Part shown: positions 1-11,533 of the stretch, piece after piece
How positions within the stretch are numbered: position 1 is the stretch's first letter
Layout of the letters: each line of letters starts with the position of its first letter
Virus record (IMG/VR): IMGVR_UViG_3300021964_000013
Length of the DNA stretch: 64,000 nt
Source: a virus
Strand: one strand, 5' to 3'
Made by a program: the position numbers and the translations under genes
The notes under the pieces: generated by a model
The model's database searches: none
The model's input: the letters and a program-made list of their open reading frames with translations, nothing else
Told to the model about the DNA's origin: nothing

Positions 1-3000
1 ATCACTCGAAAATGAAGACACCTTACAGAATATTAGATTAGGATCTTTAGAGTCATTTACTGCGAGTATTGACAACACATATGCAACGGATAATGACGTA
101 TCAAATCTAAGAGGTGATTTTAATACTTATACATCATCTAATGATGATGCCACCGTGATTCAAAACGATAGGATTAGTTCATTAGAAAGTACAAGTGGAT
201 CACATAACACGAGATTAACTAATCTTGAAACCTTTGAGACCAAAGTCGATAGTGGGTTAGAATTTACAGGATCCAACGTAACAATTAAGGGTGACCTATT
301 AGTTAAAGGGACTGAGACAAGAGTTGATTCAACAACCGTTGAGGTTAGTGATAACATAATCTCTTTAAATGGAAGTGGTGCCGTTAATGGGGGTATTGAA
401 GTAAGAGATACCACGTCACCGGGCGTACTATCGGGTTCTTTATTATGGGACAGTAGTAATAATCATTGGATTGGTGGCACTAAAGGAAATGAGGAGAGAT
501 TATTAACAACGACCGACTTAACTTCATTAGATAATGATATAAGTGATTTAGATGGTCGTTTAGATTCCATAGAAATTAAGACAGGGTCTTTAGACTCAAC
601 TAACACCTCACAAAATAGTAGGTTAGCATCATTAGAATCCTTCACAGGTAGTATTGATGATACATATGCGAGTGATGAGGATGTAACGGACCTTAGAAAC
701 GACTTAAATACCTATACGTCATCTAACGACACATTAAACAACACACAAACCAATAGGTTAAATGCATTAGAAACTACGAGTGGCTCACATGGTAGTAGAA
801 TAGATAGTTTAGAAAACGCGGATTCGGATCAAGATGATAGATTACAATCTCTTGAATCTAAAACAGGGTCTTTAGATAATGATATAAGTGATTTAGATGG
901 TCGTTTAGATTCTGTTGAATCATTTACTGCGAGTATTGATAGTACTTATGCAACTGATAGTGACGTATCAACACTAAGAGGTGATTTTAATACTTACACA
1001 TCATCTAATGACAGTGACATATCATCAATACAAACATTAAACACCACACAAAATAGTAGACTGAATAGTCTTGAATCTAAGACGGGTTCTTTAGATGGTG
1101 ATATATCTACGTTAGATGGTAGAATTGATTCGTTAGAAGTTGAGAGTGGGTCTATTAGAGGTACCTTTAATAGTTACACATCATCTAATAATACATTAAA
1201 CACCACACAAAATAGTAGATTAACATCATTAGAATCTGCAACAGGTTCTTACTTAACCGAACACCCAAACATTACACCAGCACCATCATCTAACAATAGT
1301 GGTCGAACTTATATACAGGATGTTCTTCTCGATTCAAATGGTCACGTGACAGGTTTGACGACAGGGACTGAAACTGTGGTTAACACAGATGAGTATGTAA
1401 CAGGTGCGTCGTGGAATAATAGTACTGCAGTCTTATCATTCACAAGAAATGACGGTGATACATTCAACGTAACATTATTAGACACATTAAGTGATGTTAC
1501 AGTAACGGGAGGTACCTACGACAGTGGGACACAAACATTAGAATTAATCAAAAACGACGGTTCAACGATAAGTGTTAGTGGTTTTGCTATTGATACGGAC
1601 ATTAACTATTACACCACAGGGGCAACCTTTAACAACTCAAATGGAGTTTTAACTTTAGGTATTAAAGGAACCTCCGATGTTACAGTTGATTTAGATGGAA
1701 GATATTTAACGGGTTACACAGAAACTGATCCAATATTCTCAGCATCTCCATCTGCGGGTATAACCAATACAAATATAAGTAATTGGAATACGGCATATGG
1801 TTGGGGAGATCATAGTGTAGAGGGTTACGTAAAGAATGATGAGTATACAACAGGTGCGACTTTCAACTCAGGTAATGGTATTATCACATTTACAAGAAAT
1901 GATGGTGATACGTTTACTGTTGATATTGACGGTAGATATCTAACATCATACAGTGAGACCGACACGTTAGATAGTGTTGCGGATAGAGGTAACACAACAA
2001 ACCAATCATTGAATATTGGTGAGTATATCTCAATGTCTTCGGCACAACCTAAGATTAAACTCATTGAAACCGACACAACAGATAAGAACAAAGAGATATT
2101 AGTTAGTGGTGGTGGATTATACATAAGAAACCTAAATGATGATGGTTCTGTAGGTAGTAATCTTATCAATGTTAGTAATGGAGGTAACTTAAATGTTACG
2201 GGTACTATATCCGCATCGGGTTACAACGACTCAAATTGGAACACCGCATACGGATGGGGTGATCATTCACAAGCGGGTTATCTAACCTCTTACAATAATG
2301 AATACACAACAGGGGCATCATTTAATACATCAACAGGTGTATTAACCTTCACAAGGAATGATGGTGATACGTATGATGTTGATTTAGACAACAGGTATTT
2401 ACAACTTACAGGTGGTAGTCTATCAAGTTTAAACATGAACGGTGACCTTAATATTAGATGGTCAGGTACAGATACTACGAGTTATGAATTGTTCTTCTAC
2501 AACCAAAGTTATCATGCAAAAATCTACTCTACGGGTGGTGATTTAATATTAACCAATGGTACAGGAGAGAAGATGAGAACAACATCTTCAGGTATAAGTG
2601 TAACAGGTTCAGTAACCGCAACAGGTGGTAACTCCACACAATGGAATACCGCATATGGTTGGGGCGATCACAGTGTAGAAGGATATGTAAAGAATGATGA
2701 GTATACAACAGGTGCAACATTTAATAGTGGTAATGGTGTAATTACATTTACAAGAAATGACGGTGACACGTTTAGTGTGGATCTTGATGGAAGGTACTTA
2801 ACTTCATTTAGTGAAACAGATACTTTATCGTCTGTAACCGCAAGAGGTTCCTCAACAAGTACGGCGGTCACATTTAGTGGTGGATTAACCGCAAGTGGTG
2901 GTATTAACGGACTAACGTTATCCAACGGTATTTCAGGTACCAACTTCAATATCACAGGGGTTAATCAATTAGAGATTGCCGATCCGGGTGAGGGTATTGT

Positions 3001-6000
3001 ATTCAAACAAGGATCTTCAGGTGATATAACACTCGCAATCGTAGATGATTCTAATGATAACATTCTAAACTTATCAGGTACGGGGGCTTCGTTCTCTATA
3101 AATGGGGCAACAGTAGCCACACAATCATGGGTTTCTTCGAGAAATTACTTAACCTCACACCCATCAATTGCGGGGTTATCGTCAAACAATAGTGGTAGAA
3201 CATACATCCAAGATATCTTAACAGATTCTAACGGACATGTGACAGGAATTACCACAGCAACCGAAACGGTAGTTAATACTGATGAGTATACAACAGGAGC
3301 AACATTTAATAGTGGTAATGGTGTAATCACATTCACAAGGAATGATGGAGATACCTACACCCTTGATATTAGTGATACTCTATCGGAGATCACAGTAACA
3401 GGTGGTACATATAACAGTGGGTCTCAAACCCTTACCCTTGTCAAATCGGACGGTAATTCAATAGATGTCTCAGGTTTCGCGGTCGATACAGATATTAACT
3501 ACTACACAACAGGAGCAACATTCAATACAGGTAATGGTATCATTACAGGAACCCGTAATGATGGTGGAACTTGGACTGTAGATTTAGATGGTAGATATCT
3601 AACAAGTTATACGGAGACAGATACTTTAGATAGTGTCGCGGATAGAGGGAATTCAACGAATCAATATCTACAGGCGTCGTATTTCCAATCAACGGGGAGT
3701 CAATTACTAAGAAGGTACAGTTCAGGTTGGACATATACCACACATGATATTGTTTATAATGGTTGGACCTCAAGTACAGGTGATTACACCTATTTGAAAT
3801 CTGCAGGAAATAGTAGTGGTGGTCATGGTATTATTGCCGTGGGTGACAACGGTTTTTGGATTGGTAGAACTGATTTAGAAACGGGAGCGTTAACCGATAG
3901 TTCAACTAACCCTATTGGATATACTTTACTTAGATCAGATAGTTCGGGTAATGTTACCATATCAGGGACAATTACGGCATCGGGATACAACAAATCGAAT
4001 TGGGATACAGCGTATGGTTGGGGTAATCATGCAAGTGTGGGGTATCTAACATCTCACCCAACTATTCCGGGTGTTTCGTCTAATAACAGTGGTAGAACAT
4101 ACATACAAGACGTACTTACAGATAGTAACGGTCACGTAACAGGATTAACAACTGCAACAGAAACAGTTGTCAATACCGACACTAACTACTACACAACAGG
4201 GACAACCTTTAATACGGGTAACGGTATAATTACCGGTACAAGAAATGATGGTGGTACTTGGACAGTTGACATCGACGGAAGATACTTAACTTCTTACACT
4301 GAAACTTCAACTCTATCTGATGTTGTTGGTAGAGGTAATTACTTTGGTAATTCGCAATCAGGTTTTGTAACGAATAATACGTGGGGATCTGAATTTAGAA
4401 GAATTAAAAGAGTTACATTCACAAGCGGTGGATCGAATTGGGATAGTGATAATCACGGTATCTTCTCAACGGATGCGAGTGGTAACTATAATGACTCTAT
4501 GTCTGTTAACTCATATAATGATTTAACATTCAGAGTTGATACCAACTCCAACAATAATACGAGTTATGTTAGGTTCATGCAACACTCCACAGGTGCGGGA
4601 ACTGAATGGTTCAGATCAGGATTTGATGGTGGACAATACATTAACTTATTTAGACAGGGTGGTTATGTTGCATTTGAAGGTTTAAATCTCGCAATTTCAA
4701 ACAGTAATGGTACTCATGGTTTCAATAACTACTTTAGAGGTGATAGTACACACTTAGTAATTGGTACGGGAGGTACACTTTATCTAAACTATGGACAATC
4801 CTCAGGAAGTACAAGAATATATGGTAACATTTACTTAAATGATACTATTGTCCTTAACTCGAGTAGGGTTCTTCAAAATGTAACAGGGAATATATCAATG
4901 TTCACCAATGATAGTGGGTATTTAACCACACACCCAACAATAGCGGGGGTATCATCAAACAACAGTGGTAGAACATATATACAAGACATACTCACAGATA
5001 GTAATGGACACGTAACCGGCATCACTACAGGTACTGAAACAGTGGTTAACACTGATACTAACCATTACCTTAATTCGATTAGTTGGAACTCGAGTAATGG
5101 TATTATCACACTTGGTAGACAAGGATTAAATTCATTAACTCTCGATATTGATGGTAGATACGCACAATACGGACACCAAACAACTACAAATTCTGACTTT
5201 AATAATGTAAGGACTTCAGGTATCTATACCTTAGACTATGGTGGACAGTCAAATGCGAACAGTCCTGATGGTGGTGCATGGCACGCATTATGGCACGCAA
5301 GAAGTGGTGGAACAAGACAAGCACAAATCACCATACCATATAATAACGATAATATCTACTTCAGAAGAGCACATAACTCAACCGCAGAAACATGGTATGA
5401 TTGGGTTAAGATATGGCACGAAGGTAATGATGGTGCGGGATCAGGTTTAGACTCTGACACATTAGATGGTCAACAAGGGTCTTACTACTTAGACTACAAT
5501 AACTTCACTAACAAACCGACTATTGGTAATGGTACTATGACGATCTCCGCGGGTGGAGGTATGTCAGGTGGTGGGTCATTTACAGCAAACCAAACAGGTA
5601 GTAGTAGTGTGACAATATCTCACGCAGATACTTCCTCACAAGCGTCCTCTAACAATAGTGGTAGAACATACATACAGGATGTCTTATTAGATGGTTATGG
5701 TCACGTAACAGGATTGACCACCGCAACTGAAACAGTCGTCAACACAGATACTGTAGATTATATAACAAGTGCAACATTCAATACAGGTAACGGTATTATT
5801 ACCGGTTCAGGTGTGGGTAGAGCATCATTCAGTGTTGATATTGATGGTAGATACTTACCATATGGTGGAGGTACTATCACGGGTGATCTACAGGTTAATG
5901 GACACATTAGAGGTGGAGGTCAACAACTCGTCTTAAATGCGGGTGAAACACACTTATATGCCACAGGACAAACAAATGAGTACATTTACTTAAATGCCGA

Positions 6001-9000
6001 ACAAGGTCTTGAGATTAACTCTGAAACAGGTAATTGGTCAGGTGGATGGGCGGCAAGAAAGACAGCATATCTAAGAGGTGACCAATTAACGTTAGATGGT
6101 GAGACACTAACCAAGACTAATATTCAAAACTTTAAGACCGCATACGGTTGGGGTGATCATGCTGTAGAGGGTTACGTAAAGAATGATGAATATGTAACGG
6201 GAGCAACTTGGAATAGTAGTAATGCAGTATTAACCTTCACAAGGAATGATGGAGATACATTCAACGTAACATTATTGAACACGTTGAGTGATGTAACTGT
6301 AACGGGTGGTACCTATAATAGCGGTAACCAAACATTAACACTAACCAAATCAGATGGTAATACTGTATCCGTATCAGGTTTCGCGATTGATACTGATGTC
6401 AATTGGTACACAACAGGGGCAACCTTTAATACAGGTAACGGTATAATTACCGGTAGAAGAAATGATGGTGGTACTTGGACGGTTGATATTGACGGTAGAT
6501 ACTTACCACTTGGTGGTGGAACACTTACAGGTACTATTTCCTTAGGTGAATTAAGAATTGGACAACATACGGTACATAGTGGGTATTGGGGTCTTTGGAA
6601 CTCTGAAGCGTCCACAAGTACAACATCACAATACATGATCATCAGTGCAGGTACTGACACTTATATAAATGGTGATAATGTATTCATTAGAGCGGGTAAT
6701 AATTTATCAACTAACGAACTTAAGGTAACTACAAGTGGTACATATATTGGTGGCAATAAAGTTGCCACAGAGAATTGGGTAATAAGTAACCCTACTCACC
6801 CATCGATAAGTGCGGCAAGTAGTTCTAACAACAGTGGTAGAACATACATACAAGATATATTATTAGATGGTAATGGACACGTAACCGGTATTGCTACAGG
6901 TACTGAAACTGTAACCAATACAGACACAAACTACTACACGACAAGTGCAACGTTCAATACGGGTAATGGTATAATCACAGGAACTCGTAATGATGGTGGT
7001 ACTTGGACAGTTGACATCGACGGAAGATACTTAACTTCTTACACAGAAACGGATACTTTAGCGTCAGTAACGTCAAGAGGGTCATCTACCTCATCTAACA
7101 TTTACTTGAATAACGCATCACCAACACTATACTTACAGGATACTGATAATAGATCTGCGATGATTCATGTTAACAGTAACTACTTCTACATCCTAAATGG
7201 TAGTGCTAATAACAGTACAAGTTGGGCTCAACAAGCAAACAGTAGATGGTTATTCCAAGGTGACTTAAATAATAACAATATTATATTTGGTGGCTCGGGT
7301 GACTTCGCGGGTGTTGTTACCGCATCAGGAGGTAACTCTAACAATTGGAATACCTCATACACTTACTCACAAGTTGGTCACTTACCACTTGCGGGTGGAA
7401 CGATGTCAGGTTCGATAAGTATGGGTAATAATACCATCACTAATGTTGAATCATTAACCTTCAACGATCCGGGACCAACTGAAGGTATTATATGGGCAGG
7501 TGGAAGTGGATTCAAAATTGTAGAATCACCAAACGACCTCTCAACAAATACAGGGGGTAACTTACAGTTTGCTGTTGGATCTACAAGAATATTAACTTTA
7601 GGTTCGAACGGTGAGTCAGAGTTTACTGATAAATTAACTCTAACATCTTCCACTTCAGGATCAACAATATTTGATATTCAAGGTACAAGTGGTCAGTTGT
7701 TCTCAATTACGGATGATTTAACAGGAGACTTGTTCTCAGTATCGGACGCATCAGGTGTACCAATCCTTAATGTAAACGCAAATGGTTCGGTAACACTTGA
7801 CCCGCTTGGTTCTTTATATGTTGGTGACAATAAAGTAATCAACGGTAGTGGTAACATTGTATTTGATGGGCCTGTGACCACAACAAACCAAGGTAGAGGT
7901 ATATATTGGACCGCATACGATAAAGAAGGAACAACAGACGCATCTGATACCGCACATATCCTACACACAACTAATAGTGGTGGATTGTCAGGTTCCGTTA
8001 TTGAGATTAAATCTCATAATGACGCTACGGATGGTGTTAACTTTATTGTAAATGCAACAGACAGTGGTGTTAGAATTAATGGTAGTGCCATTGCGACACA
8101 GACGTGGGTCGGTACAAACACATTAAATCAAACTGAGGGTGACGCGAGATACGCACAACTCACGGCGAGTAACAGTTTCAGTAACTCGTACAATGAATTT
8201 GGTAATAGTACGGGTAGTGTGTCTAACGATGGTAATTGGAATGCAAGGGTTAACGTCGCCGGTAGTTCTCACGCAAGACTTGACGTAAAATCAGTAAGTG
8301 ATGGTATTATCACTTCCATGTTTGCACATACAGGGCATAGTACAGGTAAGATTGGTACATACTCTAACCACTCATTGGAGTTGATGGTTAATGGAACGGG
8401 TGTCGTTACAATTGACTCTTCAGGTAATATATCAACATCAGGTACATTAAGTGCGTCAGGTTATAACAAATCAAATTGGGACGATGCACATGGATGGGGT
8501 GATCACTCAGGATTATACCTACCTATTGGTGGAGGTACAATTACAGGAGATTTAGTTGTTGGTGGTGGAGACTTAACAATTAGTAAGGACGGTAACTACT
8601 CAACAATCACATTCCCCGCACAAACTAATGACGCGGGATTCATTAGACATTATGAATCAAATAACACCGCAAGGATGGAATTCTCGGTGTCTGATGATTC
8701 AGGTACAACCGATCAATTCCACTTCGGTTACAGTGGCGATTTAGATAGATTTATTATTTACTCTAATGGTAGTTTCTTATCACGAGGTTCAGGTACCATT
8801 ACAGGTTCTCTTGGTTTACAAGGTGACTTAGATATGTCCGCAGGTACAACAGCAACACTTGCTGGTATCTCGGGTACAGACCAAACGGTGGAGAATAATT
8901 ATGGAGCATATTTACATTTAGGTGGGTGGGCCGTAGGTAGAACGGATTCAACCGCTGTCTTAGTAAACACGGCGTATAGAGCGGATTACGCAACGAGTCT

Positions 9001-9241
9001 GTTCGATATGAATATCAGTAGATTCACCAATGATTCGGAATATGCGTTAAGAAAATCAACAACTTTCACGAACACCGCAGCAGTATCATTTACTCACGGT
9101 ATTGGACACGATAATGTGATCGTACAAGTTTACGATGGTAATGGAGATCTGTTCTTCCCATCAAGAGTCAATGTTCAGGGTGGAGTTGTTGAAGTTAATT
9201 TTGAGGTAGCAAGATCAGGTAGATTAGTAGTAGTCGGATAA
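1..9241 (+). CDS. Giant modular tail fibre / virion fibre protein (5' end lies upstream of the window)
   Basis: Frame is open from position 2, so the ORF-track start at 155 is internal. N-terminal heptad-like RLxSLESxTGS repeats. Recurring modules SSNNSGRTYIQD..GHVTG..TETVVNT, TGATFN.GNG.ITFTRNDG, and NWNTAYGWGDH. Knob-like segment ending WVKIWHEGNDGAGSGLDSDTLDG, typical of phage fibres. Confidence 0.85.
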   Translation, partial: SLENEDTLQNIRLGSLESFTASIDNTYATDNDVSNLRGDFNTYTSSNDDATVIQNDRISSLESTSGSHNTRLTNLETFETKVDSGLEFTGSNVTIKGDLLVKGTETRVDSTTVEVSDNIISLNGSGAVNGGIEVRDTTSPGVLSGSLLWDSSNNHWIGGTKGNEERLLTTTDLTSLDNDISDLDGRLDSIEIKTGSLDSTNTSQNSRLASLESFTGSIDDTYASDEDVTDLRNDLNTYTSSNDTLNNTQTNRLNALETTSGSHGSRIDSLENADSDQDDRLQSLESKTGSLDNDISDLDGRLDSVESFTASIDSTYATDSDVSTLRGDFNTYTSSNDSDISSIQTLNTTQNSRLNSLESKTGSLDGDISTLDGRIDSLEVESGSIRGTFNSYTSSNNTLNTTQNSRLTSLESATGSYLTEHPNITPAPSSNNSGRTYIQDVLLDSNGHVTGLTTGTETVVNTDEYVTGASWNNSTAVLSFTRNDGDTFNVTLLDTLSDVTVTGGTYDSGTQTLELIKNDGSTISVSGFAIDTDINYYTTGATFNNSNGVLTLGIKGTSDVTVDLDGRYLTGYTETDPIFSASPSAGITNTNISNWNTAYGWGDHSVEGYVKNDEYTTGATFNSGNGIITFTRNDGDTFTVDIDGRYLTSYSETDTLDSVADRGNTTNQSLNIGEYISMSSAQPKIKLIETDTTDKNKEILVSGGGLYIRNLNDDGSVGSNLINVSNGGNLNVTGTISASGYNDSNWNTAYGWGDHSQAGYLTSYNNEYTTGASFNTSTGVLTFTRNDGDTYDVDLDNRYLQLTGGSLSSLNMNGDLNIRWSGTDTTSYELFFYNQSYHAKIYSTGGDLILTNGTGEKMRTTSSGISVTGSVTATGGNSTQWNTAYGWGDHSVEGYVKNDEYTTGATFNSGNGVITFTRNDGDTFSVDLDGRYLTSFSETDTLSSVTARGSSTSTAVTFSGGLTASGGINGLTLSNGISGTNFNITGVNQLEIADPGEGIVFKQGSSGDITLAIVDDSNDNILNLSGTGASFSINGATVATQSWVSSRNYLTSHPSIAGLSSNNSGRTYIQDILTDSNGHVTGITTATETVVNTDEYTTGATFNSGNGVITFTRNDGDTYTLDISDTLSEITVTGGTYNSGSQTLTLVKSDGNSIDVSGFAVDTDINYYTTGATFNTGNGIITGTRNDGGTWTVDLDGRYLTSYTETDTLDSVADRGNSTNQYLQASYFQSTGSQLLRRYSSGWTYTTHDIVYNGWTSSTGDYTYLKSAGNSSGGHGIIAVGDNGFWIGRTDLETGALTDSSTNPIGYTLLRSDSSGNVTISGTITASGYNKSNWDTAYGWGNHASVGYLTSHPTIPGVSSNNSGRTYIQDVLTDSNGHVTGLTTATETVVNTDTNYYTTGTTFNTGNGIITGTRNDGGTWTVDIDGRYLTSYTETSTLSDVVGRGNYFGNSQSGFVTNNTWGSEFRRIKRVTFTSGGSNWDSDNHGIFSTDASGNYNDSMSVNSYNDLTFRVDTNSNNNTSYVRFMQHSTGAGTEWFRSGFDGGQYINLFRQGGYVAFEGLNLAISNSNGTHGFNNYFRGDSTHLVIGTGGTLYLNYGQSSGSTRIYGNIYLNDTIVLNSSRVLQNVTGNISMFTNDSGYLTTHPTIAGVSSNNSGRTYIQDILTDSNGHVTGITTGTETVVNTDTNHYLNSISWNSSNGIITLGRQGLNSLTLDIDGRYAQYGHQTTTNSDFNNVRTSGIYTLDYGGQSNANSPDGGAWHALWHARSGGTRQAQITIPYNNDNIYFRRAHNSTAETWYDWVKIWHEGNDGAGSGLDSDTLDGQQGSYYLDYNNFTNKPTIGNGTMTISAGGGMSGGGSFTANQTGSSSVTISHADTSSQASSNNSGRTYIQDVLLDGYGHVTGLTTATETVVNTDTVDYITSATFNTGNGIITGSGVGRASFSVDIDGRYLPYGGGTITGDLQVNGHIRGGGQQLVLNAGETHLYATGQTNEYIYLNAEQGLEINSETGNWSGGWAARKTAYLRGDQLTLDGETLTKTNIQNFKTAYGWGDHAVEGYVKNDEYVTGATWNSSNAVLTFTRNDGDTFNVTLLNTLSDVTVTGGTYNSGNQTLTLTKSDGNTVSVSGFAIDTDVNWYTTGATFNTGNGIITGRRNDGGTWTVDIDGRYLPLGGGTLTGTISLGELRIGQHTVHSGYWGLWNSEASTSTTSQYMIISAGTDTYINGDNVFIRAGNNLSTNELKVTTSGTYIGGNKVATENWVISNPTHPSISAASSSNNSGRTYIQDILLDGNGHVTGIATGTETVTNTDTNYYTTSATFNTGNGIITGTRNDGGTWTVDIDGRYLTSYTETDTLASVTSRGSSTSSNIYLNNASPTLYLQDTDNRSAMIHVNSNYFYILNGSANNSTSWAQQANSRWLFQGDLNNNNIIFGGSGDFAGVVTASGGNSNNWNTSYTYSQVGHLPLAGGTMSGSISMGNNTITNVESLTFNDPGPTEGIIWAGGSGFKIVESPNDLSTNTGGNLQFAVGSTRILTLGSNGESEFTDKLTLTSSTSGSTIFDIQGTSGQLFSITDDLTGDLFSVSDASGVPILNVNANGSVTLDPLGSLYVGDNKVINGSGNIVFDGPVTTTNQGRGIYWTAYDKEGTTDASDTAHILHTTNSGGLSGSVIEIKSHNDATDGVNFIVNATDSGVRINGSAIATQTWVGTNTLNQTEGDARYAQLTASNSFSNSYNEFGNSTGSVSNDGNWNARVNVAGSSHARLDVKSVSDGIITSMFAHTGHSTGKIGTYSNHSLELMVNGTGVVTIDSSGNISTSGTLSASGYNKSNWDDAHGWGDHSGLYLPIGGGTITGDLVVGGGDLTISKDGNYSTITFPAQTNDAGFIRHYESNNTARMEFSVSDDSGTTDQFHFGYSGDLDRFIIYSNGSFLSRGSGTITGSLGLQGDLDMSAGTTATLAGISGTDQTVENNYGAYLHLGGWAVGRTDSTAVLVNTAYRADYATSLFDMNISRFTNDSEYALRKSTTFTNTAAVSFTHGIGHDNVIVQVYDGNGDLFFPSRVNVQGGVVEVNFEVARSGRLVVVG
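527..912 (+). repeat. 41-bp exact direct repeat inside the fibre gene (527-567 and 872-912)
   Basis: TTAGATAATGATATAAGTGATTTAGATGGTCGTTTAGATTC occurs twice. Confidence 0.9.
4244..7044 (+). repeat. 56-bp exact direct repeat inside the fibre gene (4244-4299 and 6989-7044)
   Basis: AATGATGGTGGTACTTGGACAGTTGACATCGACGGAAGATACTTAACTTCTTACAC occurs twice. Confidence 0.9.
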
Positions 9242-9252
9242 AAGGGAAATGT

Positions 9253-10398
9253 ATGTTAAGAGAAAATGTTATAGTAAGTGGTTCGTTAGATGTACAAAGC
9301 GGGCAGTTCATAATACCAAGAGGACCGAGGGCGAATAGACCTTCGAGTCCTGAGGTTGGTTCTTTATATCTTGAAGAGTCACCAAGTGGTAGTTTTGTTG
9401 TAACATACACAGGATCATCTAATGATGATGGTGGATGGGAACCCGTAGGTTCACAGAACACGGATAGAACCGCATTCAAGTATAGAAACATCATCAACTA
9501 CTCATACTTAGCGGGTGGATATAAATCTTCATCTCCATGGAAGAATGTCCATAGGGCAACACACGCAACCGATCAAACGGTTCACATTGGTGAACTTATG
9601 GATTATCCCGCATCGTACACATCCGGTGCGTGTAGTAAATCCATATTATTTATATGGTCATCTAATAGTGATGGTGCATGGAAATCAGCAACACAAGTAC
9701 ACGGAACACATACAACAGGTATTCATATGGTTAATGAAACAGCATATGCTCACCAAACGAAATGGGATTTACTGAATGCAAGAGATGATCCGGGTACTTT
9801 ATTTAAGGAGACGGAATTTGCATACATATTTGGTGGATCAGTGGCGGCAGTTGAAAAGTTTAACTTAACTAACGAGTCTATGTATACTACTTACTACCCA
9901 AGTGGAACGGGACCTTATACAACCACAACAACATCTATTACGAGTACCCTTGGTGCTTCGGGATTTTCGGATGAGAATTATGGTTATGGATATGGTTCTG
10001 AGAGTGGTAATAAATGTCATTTTGCCACCGATACTTTCGAAACGAGAGCGTCATCATGGGCATCAAGTGGTCAACAGAAAGGGATTAGTTCTAAAGTAGG
10101 TAAAGGGTACTGTGGTAATGAAGGTACCTACCAAGGAGGATACAACCTTAGAAGATGGGATGCGTTTACTGAAACGAATATTGGTAACGTACCTAAACCA
10201 AGACCTAATTGTGGGGAAGAGAACTTCTCCATGGGACAAGACTTCCAATACATGTTAGCATGTTATGGGGATAGTCAACAAAATAACGATAGTTGGAAAT
10301 TTACATATTCAACCGACACGGGAGTTTTAAATCCCGCGGGGTTAGCACCGGGTGTTAATGCGGGTGCGTCCTCAGGTCATTGTGGTTGGAGAAATTAA
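9253..10398 (+). CDS. Tail-associated kelch/beta-propeller-like repeat protein, paralog 1 of 3
   Basis: N-terminal PxG..A.RP.SP..GSLYLE fibre-attachment-like motif; repeated Y.AGG / Y.FGG units; ends SSGHCGWRN; directly follows the fibre gene. Confidence 0.6.
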   Translation: MLRENVIVSGSLDVQSGQFIIPRGPRANRPSSPEVGSLYLEESPSGSFVVTYTGSSNDDGGWEPVGSQNTDRTAFKYRNIINYSYLAGGYKSSSPWKNVHRATHATDQTVHIGELMDYPASYTSGACSKSILFIWSSNSDGAWKSATQVHGTHTTGIHMVNETAYAHQTKWDLLNARDDPGTLFKETEFAYIFGGSVAAVEKFNLTNESMYTTYYPSGTGPYTTTTTSITSTLGASGFSDENYGYGYGSESGNKCHFATDTFETRASSWASSGQQKGISSKVGKGYCGNEGTYQGGYNLRRWDAFTETNIGNVPKPRPNCGEENFSMGQDFQYMLACYGDSQQNNDSWKFTYSTDTGVLNPAGLAPGVNAGASSGHCGWRN

Positions 10399-10410
10399 GT
10401 ATTTATAGAT

Positions 10411-11523
10411 ATGTTATTCGAAAATTTAGAAATAAGTGGATCATTAAGAGGAGAAGGTAACGACTTTAAAATGCCGAAAGGTGCGAAAGGAGATCGACCA
10501 TCATCACCTGAAACAGGATCACTCTATTTAGAGGAAGCCACATCAGGTAGTTTCCTTATGGTATATACAGGTATTTCTAATAATGATAGTGGTTGGGAAA
10601 GAGTTTCACACCAATCGAATTTCGGGAAGACAGCATTTAAATATAGACATGTGATTGCCTATTCATACTTAGCGGGTGGATATAAATCTTCATCTCCATG
10701 GAAGAACGCACACAAGACCGTTAATGCCACAGATCAAACTTCACACATTGGTGAATTATTAGATTATCCCGCATCTTATACTTCAGGAGCATGTAGTCGA
10801 TTTACTTTTTTTGTGTGGTCAGTAAACAGTGATGGTGCTTGGAAGAGTGCATCTAACATCCATGGAACATATACATCAGCAATCAATATGTTTAACGACA
10901 CTAATCTTGCTCATGATGCGAAGTTCGATACCAATATTGCAAGAAGTGATTTAGGTACGATGTTTAAGGAACAAGAATACGCCTACCTATTTAGTGGTGG
11001 ATCCGCAACGGTAGAGATATTTGATTTAACTAATGAAAGTTTGATGACACTATATACGTTATCAACTATAAACGGTAGTGATGGGGGGAGTGCGTTCTCA
11101 GACGAACATTATGGTTATGGATGGACCTCGAGTTCGGGGGTTAAACTAAACTTTGCAACAGAAACATTTGCAACATCACCTCATTGGTCAGCCCATTCAC
11201 AACAAAAGGGTATCTCATCAAAATTAGGTAAAGGTTATGCGGGAAATGAAGGTTCATATGCAGGAGGATATAACCTAAGAAGATGGAGTAATCAAACAGA
11301 TACTAACCTTGGTAATGTGGCTAAACCCGATGGTAACTGTGGTGAAGAAAACTTTACTATGGGTCAGGATTGGCAATATATGTTAGGTAATTATAATGGT
11401 GCACAAAATAATAATAGTTGGAAATTCACATATGCAACCGATACGGGTGTACTAAACCCTTCAGGTTTATCACCGGGAGTTAACGCTGGTACATCATCAG
11501 GTCATTGTGGTTGGAGAGATTAA
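10411..11523 (+). CDS. Tail-associated kelch/beta-propeller-like repeat protein, paralog 2 of 3
   Basis: Colinear with paralog 1; ends SSGHCGWRD. Confidence 0.6.
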   Translation: MLFENLEISGSLRGEGNDFKMPKGAKGDRPSSPETGSLYLEEATSGSFLMVYTGISNNDSGWERVSHQSNFGKTAFKYRHVIAYSYLAGGYKSSSPWKNAHKTVNATDQTSHIGELLDYPASYTSGACSRFTFFVWSVNSDGAWKSASNIHGTYTSAINMFNDTNLAHDAKFDTNIARSDLGTMFKEQEYAYLFSGGSATVEIFDLTNESLMTLYTLSTINGSDGGSAFSDEHYGYGWTSSSGVKLNFATETFATSPHWSAHSQQKGISSKLGKGYAGNEGSYAGGYNLRRWSNQTDTNLGNVAKPDGNCGEENFTMGQDWQYMLGNYNGAQNNNSWKFTYATDTGVLNPSGLSPGVNAGTSSGHCGWRD

Positions 11524-11533
11524 AATTTAAGAT

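Noticed and set aside
155-157. Start codon of the fibre gene
   Set aside because: The frame is open back to position 2 with the same repeat pattern, so the gene begins upstream
160-8993. Many short antisense or alternate-frame ORFs inside long genes (here and throughout the window)
   Set aside because: Shadow ORFs from codon bias; no motifs or start context
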